Positions 50,195-58,142 of a stretch of DNA of 64,000 nt are shown here, piece after piece. Numbering within the stretch: position 1 is the stretch's first letter; every line of letters begins with the position of its first letter. The translations under genes were made by a program, and so were the position numbers. The stretch covers positions 2,848,001 through 2,912,000 of the forward strand of contig CP182352.1 of NCBI GenBank assembly GCA_048571215.1, in the 5' to 3' direction. The notes beneath the pieces were generated by a model. That model made no database searches. It worked only from the letters and a program-made list of their open reading frames with translations, and was not told the DNA's origin. This stretch comes from Halarcobacter sp. Its GTDB lineage: Bacteria; Campylobacterota; Campylobacteria; Campylobacterales; Arcobacteraceae.

Positions 50195-51025
50195 ATGGAA
50201 TCATCACTTTTAAAAGTATTTGTTGCAGTTGCAAATGAAAAATCTATATCATTAGGTGCACAAAAATTAGGTGTTACGCAGTCAAATGTGACCCATAGAA
50301 TCAAGCAGTTAGAAAAAGTTGTTGGATATGAATTGTTTCATAGAATACCTAAAGGTGTTATTCTTACAAAAGAAGGGAAAAAACTTTATCCTTATGCCCT
50401 AGAAATAGTAAAAAAAACAAAAGAAGCAGAACTTCAAATGAAGAATATCTCCCATCAAGAGTTACTAAGAATTGGAACCTCCCAAGCAAATGCAGCAATT
50501 AGACTACTTAATTTTTGTAAAAAATTAAACAAAAAATATCCTGATATGCAAATAGAAATATCTACAAATGGAACACCTAAAGTTATTGAAGATTTACTTG
50601 ATTATAAAATTGATATTGGTTTTGTTGCAGGAAATCCAAATAATAAAGATATTGTTATATTAAACAGATTTGATGATGATTTATATTTTATAGAATCAAA
50701 GACAAAAAAAGCACCAAATTGTTTGATTGGTTATAGAGAAAATAGTACCCATTTTCAATACTTACAAGAATATATGAGAAGTAGAGGAAATGAAGATTTT
50801 AAAACAATGGTTATTCAAAACTATGATGTAATGCAAGGTTTTGTAAAAGAGGGCTTTGGCAAAGCTTTTTTATCAAAAGCACTAATTGATAAATATGGAT
50901 ATTCGAATGATTTTATATTAAGAAAAATAGATAAAGCGGATGAAGATTTAGCAACATGCTTAGTTTGTAGAAAAGATTATATGCCTATGATTTGTGATTA
51001 TTTAAAAAGGATAAAGCTAAAATAA
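50195..51025 (+). CDS. LysR-family transcriptional regulator, divergent from the leuCD-like operon
   Basis: N-terminal HTH (TQSNVTHRIKQLE..LF.R..GV.LT). Confidence 0.92.
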   Translation: MESSLLKVFVAVANEKSISLGAQKLGVTQSNVTHRIKQLEKVVGYELFHRIPKGVILTKEGKKLYPYALEIVKKTKEAELQMKNISHQELLRIGTSQANAAIRLLNFCKKLNKKYPDMQIEISTNGTPKVIEDLLDYKIDIGFVAGNPNNKDIVILNRFDDDLYFIESKTKKAPNCLIGYRENSTHFQYLQEYMRSRGNEDFKTMVIQNYDVMQGFVKEGFGKAFLSKALIDKYGYSNDFILRKIDKADEDLATCLVCRKDYMPMICDYLKRIKLK

Positions 51026-51078
51026 CCATATTTTGTGTTTTATAATAAGTTGATATGCCTTTAAAATAGGACTTATAG

Positions 51079-51098
51079 ATGGTATGTCTGGTAGGATT
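51079..51098. repeat. Degenerate att-like copy of the tRNA-Arg 3' end
   Basis: ATGGtAtGtCTGGTAGGATT vs ATGGCACGCCTGGTAGGATT at 56138-56157; 17/20 identical, same orientation. Confidence 0.75.
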
Positions 51099-51170
51099 TT
51101 AATTAAAATAATCTTATTAACATACAATACTATTAAATAAGAGCTATATAAAATCATATAGTTTATAAAT

Positions 51171-52282
51171 TTGGCTAGACATACTACAAAACTTACAGGT
51201 GTTCTTTATCGTGATTCCATAACAAATGGAAAGCCTGATAAAACGTATTATATCAGATACAAAATATAAACAATCAAACAAAAGAACTTAAAATTGGTAA
51301 GTACTCAGAGGGAGTAAGAGAAGTTTATTGTAATCAAAAAAGAAATGAAATTATCACAAAACAAAGACTTGGAGAAGAGCCACCTGCAATCGCTTCAAAA
51401 AAGAAAAAATCATTTTATCTTTTGAAATCCTACTTAATAAATATTTTGAACAGAGAAAAGAGGGGAAAGGTAAGCAAAGTGATATTTCATCTGCAAATAA
51501 ACATATTCTCCCTTTTTTCATTAATAAAAATATTGAGATACAGACAAAAGAAGATGTAAGAGCCTTTAAAAAGCTCATAAAGGCAAAAACTACTCAAAGT
51601 GGTACCCCCACAAATAAAACAATTAACAACATTTTAACCCTATTCTCTTCAATTATAAACTATGGTTTGAAAGAAGAACTAATAAAAAATGATTTAACCA
51701 AATATATTGAAAAAGATAGAGTTGACAATGAAAGGGAAAGATATCTTACTGTTGATGAAATAAATAAGCTATATGAAGCTATAGAAGATGATAAACAACT
51801 ATTTTTATTTTGTAAACTTGCATTAACAACTGGTGGAAGATTAGCAACTATTCTAAATATATCAAAAAAAGATATTGACTTTAGTAACCAATTAATTAAC
51901 ATATATGACTTAAAGAGGGATCAAGAAAGGCGAATTTCATATACAAGTTTCTTAACTGATGAAGTAGCATTACTACTCAAAGAGTAGTCAAAAAAATTAA
52001 AACCTAATGATAAAATATTTTATGAAAATCCAACTTCTATCCAAAGGTAAATGTTAACAATCCTTAATAAGCTATTTAATAATGGAATAGAATCAGACGA
52101 TAGAAAAATAAAGTTGTAGTTCATTCATTAAGACATACTTTTGCCTCTCATTTAGCAATAAATACACTCCAATATTTACAATTCAGAAATTAATGAACCA
52201 TAGTGATATTAAAATGACTTTACGGTATGCAAAACTCTCACCAAATAGTGGTAAGAGTTCTGTTCTTAGTCTATACGTTTAA
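51171..52282 (+). pseudogene. Tyrosine recombinase/integrase pseudogene
   Basis: Fragments in shifting frames: MARHTTKLTGVLYR..KTYYIRYK / KIGKYSEG.. / ERYLT..LALTTGGRLA.. / HSLRHTFASHLA / IQKLMNHSDIKMTLRYAK; frameshifts plus in-frame stops (e.g. TAG 51985-51987). Confidence 0.9.
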
Positions 52283-52327
52283 AATAATTAAAAAAAATAT
52301 AATTTAGTTATAATTTAAATTAAATTA

Positions 52328-52346
52328 TGTTAAAATATATGGGAGG
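52328..52346 (+). promoter_or_regulatory. Extended -10 promoter (TGtTAAAAT) and GGAGG RBS for the island cargo operon
   Basis: TG at 52328, TAAAAT at 52331-52336, GGAGG at 52342-52346, TTG at 52356. Confidence 0.55.
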
Positions 52347-52355
52347 TAGAAAAAA

Positions 52356-53090
52356 TTGCAAAAAGTAACTATATTTAAAAAAGAAAAAAATTTAACTAAT
52401 TACAATTCAAGAACTCCTACACTTGGTCCAGAATTAGAATTAACAAATAAATTTATCTCTTCAGTAGAAAAAAAGTATAAAAGTAAGAATAACAATCTTG
52501 CTATTTTTATAGAGCCAAAAATTCAAAGTCTTTACCCAGATATTGTTTTGGTAGAATACTCACCAAAACTTATGGATACATGGACTGAACAAAGAAAAAA
52601 TTTAACTCAAAAAGAACTAATGATTTTAGCAATACTTTCTAAACAGAAGCTTTTATCATTTGAAAAACTTGTTGATTCAACATATTTAAATCAAAGAGAA
52701 ATGGTTCAATCAATTGAAAGATTATTAGATTCTAACATGATTCAAAGGAAGCAAGGAAGTTGGTCATTAAAAAATAAACGTAATTTATTTGCAATAAAAA
52801 AAATATCTGCTGTTGAAGCTAAAATAAATAACTGGCAGACAGCATTAAAACAAGCAACACTTAATATAGGATATGCAAATGAGTCATTTATTTTATCAAA
52901 CATTAAAAAACCTCAATCTAAAACTATTCAGTTGGTTGATAGATATGGTATAGGTATTTATAATATAGAGAATGACTCAGCAAATATCGTTACTAAACCA
53001 AAAAATTATCCAATGAATAATAATCAAACAGTTTGGCAAATTAATGAATGGATTGGACAAAAACTATCCGAAGGATATCATTGTGCCTAA
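52356..53090 (+). CDS. Putative PD-(D/E)XK nuclease-fold protein with inserted winged-helix domain
   Basis: GPE..FIEP..YPDIV, central wHTH-like segment, then AVEAK..W..AL.QA; good RBS. Confidence 0.6.
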   Translation: MQKVTIFKKEKNLTNYNSRTPTLGPELELTNKFISSVEKKYKSKNNNLAIFIEPKIQSLYPDIVLVEYSPKLMDTWTEQRKNLTQKELMILAILSKQKLLSFEKLVDSTYLNQREMVQSIERLLDSNMIQRKQGSWSLKNKRNLFAIKKISAVEAKINNWQTALKQATLNIGYANESFILSNIKKPQSKTIQLVDRYGIGIYNIENDSANIVTKPKNYPMNNNQTVWQINEWIGQKLSEGYHCA

Positions 53091-53940
53091 ACCCTATTTA
53101 AATATTGAAAATATAAAAGGTAAATTTCCCCAAATTGAAAATCTGGAACTATTTGATATAGGTGGACAAAAAATAGTATATAAGGGGATTCACCCTGAGT
53201 TTGGTGAAATTATGTTAAAATTTTTTAAAACAAATAAACAAAATCCACGTATAACAAGAGAAATTGAAATAGCAAAAGAACTTGTACATCCAAATATTCC
53301 TAAACTACATCTTGCAGATACTATAAACTTTAATGATTCTGATGATAATACTGTTTTTTTAATTGAAGAATATATTAAGGGAAATACTCTTAGGAATTAT
53401 ATTATTGAAAATAATATTGAAATAAAAGAAGTGAGAGAATTTATAGAAACAACATTTTCAATATTAGATTTACTAAAATCTAAAAACATGGTGCATAGAG
53501 ATTTAAAACCAGAAAATATAATGATAAAAGGTAATCAATTTTATATTTTAGATTTTGGAATTGCTAGAGTTTTAGGGGAAGAATCAATAACAAATAGCTC
53601 CGCTGCTATAGGTCCTCATACCCTGGGTTATGCCCCTTGGGAACAAATTAATAATGAAAAAGAAATGATTACAGAAAAGACGGATTTGTTTTCAATGGCT
53701 GTAATATGTCAGGAAATGCTTACAAAAGAGCATCCATTCTTTCATGATACATCATCAACTAATGCAAGTGCTTTAACACAAACGCTAGAAATGCAAATAA
53801 AACCATTAAATATTGAAGCTAGCTGTAAAACATCCTTAGAAGAGTTTTTACATACTATTATGTCGAAAGCTCCATCTTCTAGGCCTTCATTAAAATTAGC
53901 AAAAGAATGGTTTACAGAATTTAAAGAGGAAATGATATGA
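53083..53940 (+). CDS. Hanks-type Ser/Thr protein kinase (kinase domain only)
   Basis: GGQKIVY, MLK, REIE, HPNIP, HRDLKPEN, DFGIAR, GYAPWEQ, TDLFS; likely start GTG 53083 after AAGGA (ORF track starts at 53044). Confidence 0.92.
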   Translation: MPKPYLNIENIKGKFPQIENLELFDIGGQKIVYKGIHPEFGEIMLKFFKTNKQNPRITREIEIAKELVHPNIPKLHLADTINFNDSDDNTVFLIEEYIKGNTLRNYIIENNIEIKEVREFIETTFSILDLLKSKNMVHRDLKPENIMIKGNQFYILDFGIARVLGEESITNSSAAIGPHTLGYAPWEQINNEKEMITEKTDLFSMAVICQEMLTKEHPFFHDTSSTNASALTQTLEMQIKPLNIEASCKTSLEEFLHTIMSKAPSSRPSLKLAKEWFTEFKEEMI

Positions 53941-55139
53941 AACTTTATTTACAATTTGGGTATGGAATGATGGCTCATGTAAAACACATGTTTAAAGAAT
54001 GGAAAGAAGGAACAGTAATTCTTAGTCCGAGAGATATGTCAGAAGATCAAATTTCTAAATTTTCTAAAGATTTAAAGTCTACTAATGCAAAAACTCTTTT
54101 AGATCCTCAATTATATGTTCCTCGTTCAGATCATCATGGATTACTAAAACATGATTATTATAATGATTTTGGAGGGGATAACTACTCTACAAGTATCATA
54201 TCAGACGATAATTCAATGAGTGAACTTTTTGAAGAGTTAAAACGTCTAAATGATTTAGGGGATACTGATAAATATATTATCCCTGGACTACTTTGTGAAG
54301 ATCCAAATGAATCATGGAATATGTTACAAAAATCTTTTCTGAGAATGGCTAAAAAGCATTTTACAGATAAAAAAATGATTGCCACACTATGTCTTTCTTC
54401 AAAGATTTTAAATAGTACTAAAATTGATAAAATAGAACAAGTTATGGCATATATCAGTAAATATAATGTAGATGGATTCTATATCCTTGCAGAAGGAAAC
54501 TATCTTGAAACAAACCCCATATGGTTAGGGAATTTATTATCGCTAACTGCAGCCATTAAAATGTTAGATAAAGAAGTAATTGTAGGTTATGCAAACCATC
54601 AAATGATGGCATTAGCATGTAGTGGAACAGATGCCATAGCTACAGGGAACTGGTTAAATGTTAGACACTTTAATTTAAAAAGATTTATTGAACCAATAAG
54701 TACTGGTGGAAGAAAAGTAGCTTGGTACTATTGTCCTTGTACTCAAAGTGAATATCGGTATTCTACACTAGAGGCTACAAAAAGACTTGAAAAGTTGGAT
54801 ATAGAACTATTACGTCCTGATAAAAGTTTGAATTCTAACTATCTAGATTCATACTTTGACAATGACGTTGAATTTAAAGAACCAGCATCATTTAGACACT
54901 ACTTTCAATGTTTATATAAACAAATAGAAATTATTTCTAAAAATACTTTCGAAGATACGTTAAATACTGTTATTAATATGCAAGATAATGCAGAAAAGAT
55001 GATTGAAGAATTCAGTAATAAAGAATTAAGGGAAAGGGATAGAAGTTATTCGAATGTAGGAGATGCAACTATTACTGCACTTAAAATATTTGATAAAGAA
55101 AAAGGTATTTTAATGAAAAGATTATGGAAGAATTTTTAA
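53937..55139 (+). CDS. Uncharacterised 400-aa protein, possibly an alpha/beta-barrel
   Basis: Intact ORF translationally coupled to the kinase (ATGA overlap); alternating strand/helix pattern (LYLQFG, VILSPRD, LLDPQLY, YIIPG, DGFYI, VIVGY, AIATG). Confidence 0.8.
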   Translation: MKLYLQFGYGMMAHVKHMFKEWKEGTVILSPRDMSEDQISKFSKDLKSTNAKTLLDPQLYVPRSDHHGLLKHDYYNDFGGDNYSTSIISDDNSMSELFEELKRLNDLGDTDKYIIPGLLCEDPNESWNMLQKSFLRMAKKHFTDKKMIATLCLSSKILNSTKIDKIEQVMAYISKYNVDGFYILAEGNYLETNPIWLGNLLSLTAAIKMLDKEVIVGYANHQMMALACSGTDAIATGNWLNVRHFNLKRFIEPISTGGRKVAWYYCPCTQSEYRYSTLEATKRLEKLDIELLRPDKSLNSNYLDSYFDNDVEFKEPASFRHYFQCLYKQIEIISKNTFEDTLNTVINMQDNAEKMIEEFSNKELRERDRSYSNVGDATITALKIFDKEKGILMKRLWKNF

Positions 55140-55897
55140 TTTATAAAAATAGTACAAAGACAAGTTAAATTATCTGTACTTCCATTTTTAATTGCTTTTG
55201 AAATTAATTTATTTACAATGGTTTTAGGAGATTTATATTGCCTTAAAATACTTTCTATTTCTCCTTCAGAAAGATAATCATGTACACCATCAGACGTCAA
55301 TAAAAGAATGTCACTAGGTTCAATAGTAGTTTTAGAAACATCTATATTTATTAAATCTTCTGAAATACCCATAGCATTTAATAATATATTATTATCAGGT
55401 AAAAGACTCTTAACAGGATTAAAAAAAGGCAATTCATTTATCGTCTTTTGTAACTTTGTTTGATCCTCTGTTAATTGAACAAGTTTAGTTGGAGTTAGTT
55501 TATATGCTCTTGTATCTCCAATATGATAAATTGTAATAAATTCATTTAATGAAGTCATTAAAGTCAACGTAGATGAAGCTCCAGTAAAACTATTAATACT
55601 TGCCTCTTTTATAAGTTTCCTATTTAGTAAATTTATTTTTTCTAATACTGTAGGAATATGATCTACTTTATGAATATTCACTAATTCTTCAAGAATAAAG
55701 TTAGAAGCAAAATCGCCTCCCTTTCTTCCTCCTACGCCATCTGCAACAGCAAGAGTAAATTCTCTTCTATTCTTATCTGTGAATTTATTAATTCTTTTAT
55801 GTAGACTTTTATTAGATACAATATTATTTATTAAAAAGCTATCATCGTTTTTTTTACGAAATGGTCCTGTTTCACTGCGAGCATAAAATTCATACAT
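55136..55897 (-). CDS. PP2C-family Ser/Thr phosphatase
   Basis: RKKNDD, VADGVGG, IGDTRAY, QLTEDQ, LTSDGV, TDNLT. Confidence 0.93.
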   Translation of the reverse strand: MYEFYARSETGPFRKKNDDSFLINNIVSNKSLHKRINKFTDKNRREFTLAVADGVGGRKGGDFASNFILEELVNIHKVDHIPTVLEKINLLNRKLIKEASINSFTGASSTLTLMTSLNEFITIYHIGDTRAYKLTPTKLVQLTEDQTKLQKTINELPFFNPVKSLLPDNNILLNAMGISEDLINIDVSKTTIEPSDILLLTSDGVHDYLSEGEIESILRQYKSPKTIVNKLISKAIKNGSTDNLTCLCTIFIN

Positions 55898-56138
55898 ATT
55901 GAAATTATAACAAAATTAAATGATATTACTATAAAAAATTAAATTTGTAAAAGAATTTTTATTATTTAGTACAGTTTAAAAAAAACATCCTAAAAGCAAA
56001 TTAGTTTATTCAGGGAAAAAAAAAAAAGGGGACAGGCACCTTTTTTATATTCTTTAATGGGAAATAAGTGGGGAAAGTTAAATTTTTAAAAAAGCCCGAC
56101 ATGAAAACTCCAAAGAGTCCATCATATCGAGCTTTGTA

Positions 56139-56215
56139 TGGCACGCCTGGTAGGATTCGAACCCACAACCGCCGGGGCCGAAACCCAGTGCTCTATCCAG
56201 TTGAGCCACAGACGC
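56139..56215 (-). tRNA. tRNA-Arg (anticodon TCG)
   Basis: Reverse complement GCGTCTGTGGCTCAACTGGATAGAGCACTGGGTTTCGGCCCCGGCGGTTGTGGGTTCGAATCCTACCAGGCGTGCCA folds as a 77-nt cloverleaf with encoded CCA. Confidence 0.95.
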
Positions 56216-56259
56216 GTTTAAAAGTTTGGAATATTAGCATAGTTATGCTTACAAGATTT

Positions 56260-57069
56260 TTATATGTTTTTATCTCTTTGTTTGTCTCTATACATTAGTT
56301 CATCTACTTCATTTAAAATATCCTCTGAGTAATTTCCCTTTGAGAAATGAGTAAATCCAAAAGAAAATGTAAAATGCAGTTCTTTTATTTTTGCTGATTT
56401 TAATCTTTGCTGAGATAATTTTTCTTGGATATCTCTAATTAGTTTTTCGGCATTTAGGATTGTTGATTTACTTTTATTAAATAAAATAAGAAATTCATCA
56501 CCTGCAAATCTAACTAAATCGATACCTGAGTATGTTAATTCTTTTTCAAAAAACTTTACAAGATATTTTAGAACTTGATCACCAATTATATGCCCATATT
56601 TATCATTTATTTTTTTAAACTTATCCAAATCAATAAAAGCTATGAAACCATCATTTTGAAACCTATCATCTTTTAGATAATAGTCACTAAACCATTTTCT
56701 ATTATAAGCTCCAGTTAAAGGATCAGAAAAAAGCTCTTTTTTCAAATAGTTTATCTGTTCTTTCATATGAACAAGCTCATTACTAATCATTTTCAAAGAT
56801 TCTAAATCATTTATTTCAATAGCTTTTTGAGCGTGGCTTGTAGATTTGTGTAAAATATCTAAGTTATCATTTGTTTGTCTAACTATTTCATCAACTTGTT
56901 CATTATTTTGATTTATCTCTTTTAAAAGAACTTCAACATTATCAAAATCTACTTCAAGCTCAGTTGCAATCTTCTCAAAAGTTTGTGAGTATGTACTAGG
57001 GAGCACAATATCGTACTTTTTTAAAGTTTTCATTGTTAAATAACTTACTTCTCTTAATCTACTTGCCAA
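56260..57069 (-). CDS. GGDEF-domain protein with N-terminal coiled coil
   Basis: DPLTGAYNR, DLDKFKKIND.YGH..GD, RFAGDEF. Confidence 0.88.
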   Translation of the reverse strand: MASRLREVSYLTMKTLKKYDIVLPSTYSQTFEKIATELEVDFDNVEVLLKEINQNNEQVDEIVRQTNDNLDILHKSTSHAQKAIEINDLESLKMISNELVHMKEQINYLKKELFSDPLTGAYNRKWFSDYYLKDDRFQNDGFIAFIDLDKFKKINDKYGHIIGDQVLKYLVKFFEKELTYSGIDLVRFAGDEFLILFNKSKSTILNAEKLIRDIQEKLSQQRLKSAKIKELHFTFSFGFTHFSKGNYSEDILNEVDELMYRDKQRDKNI

Positions 57070-57161
57070 TATTTTCCCTCTTTTATAAAAATGTTATACT
57101 ATATATAAACATTTCTTAAATAAATTATTTAAAAGTTATTTAATTTTTTATTTTAAGTAAA

Positions 57162-58031
57162 CTAAAAAGAATCTATTAAAATCAATATAAAAAATATAAT
57201 CCCTAAATAGCCATTTACTGTAAAAAAAGCTTTGTCAATCTTTGTGAAGTCTCTATTTACAAGAATATGTTCGTAGGTTAACATAACAGCACTAACTAAT
57301 ACTGCAAGATATGCAAAAACTCCACCATTTGAACTTATTACAAATAGTAACCAGAAGACTACAGTTAAAAGGTGAAATACCTTTGAGATATTCATTGTTT
57401 TTTGTGCACCAAATTTACTTGGAATAGAGTGTAGACCCAACTCTTTATCCACATCAATATCCTGCAAAGAGTAAAGTAAGTCAAAACCAGCTACCCAAAA
57501 CATAACTCCAATACTTAACAATACTGACCATAAAGTTATAGTCTCACTAACTGCAACTACCCCAGCTATTGGAGCTAATCCTAAAGAGATACCAAGTATT
57601 ACATGGGCTAAATATGAAAATCTTTTAAAATATGAGTATGAACCAATTACAAACAAAATTGGAACAGATAGATAAAGAGCTAAATCATTTACGAAATATG
57701 CAACAACAATAAACCCTAAAGCATTTGCAATAACAAAAATCAACATCTGAGGAGCACTAACTCTACCATCTACATTTGGTCGATTTATTGTTCTTGGATT
57801 TAAAGCGTCTATATCCCTATCCATGTACCTATTAAATGCCATTGCAAAGTTTCTAGCTGTAAGTGCTGCTAAAATACCTAAAAAAAATAGTTTGAACCCA
57901 AACCACGCAGTTCCATTTATATGTACAGAGGCTACTACCATCGCTATAAAAATAAACGGCAGTGAAAAAATTGAATGTTTGAACATCACTAGTTCATTAA
58001 AGTCGTTAAGTTTTTTCAATATATTATTCAT
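57162..58031 (-). CDS. mqnP: UbiA-family menaquinone prenyltransferase (futalosine pathway)
   Basis: HSIFSLPF, NRYMDRDID..NPRT..RP, YSYFKRF, GFDLLYSLQD. Confidence 0.88.
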   Translation of the reverse strand: MNNILKKLNDFNELVMFKHSIFSLPFIFIAMVVASVHINGTAWFGFKLFFLGILAALTARNFAMAFNRYMDRDIDALNPRTINRPNVDGRVSAPQMLIFVIANALGFIVVAYFVNDLALYLSVPILFVIGSYSYFKRFSYLAHVILGISLGLAPIAGVVAVSETITLWSVLLSIGVMFWVAGFDLLYSLQDIDVDKELGLHSIPSKFGAQKTMNISKVFHLLTVVFWLLFVISSNGGVFAYLAVLVSAVMLTYEHILVNRDFTKIDKAFFTVNGYLGIIFFILILIDSF

Positions 58032-58142
58032 GGGCGTATTTTAACAAATAAATTATTTGAAAGATATTTTATATTTAATTGTTTTATGAGTAATAATCAA
58101 ATAATATAATATAATCTTTACAAGATAAAGGATGGAATAATT

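Larger units (their letters stand above)
51079..56157. mobile_element. ~5.1 kb tRNA-Arg-integrated genomic island (immobilised)
   Basis: Direct repeat of the tRNA 3' end at both borders; integrase remnant next to the distal repeat; accessory cargo. Confidence 0.8.

Noticed and set aside
47230..51078. Extending the tRNA island leftwards over the LeuCD/dehalogenase/LysR block
   Set aside because: No further att-like copy found by eye; the repeat at 51079 bounds the element
51667..51987. 106-aa ORF as a stand-alone gene
   Set aside because: Internal fragment of the integrase pseudogene; the minus-strand ORFs at 51354-51578 and 51660-51902 are shadows of it
56068..56298. 76-aa + strand ORF
   Set aside because: Antisense shadow of the tRNA-Arg gene; also overlaps the GGDEF gene end
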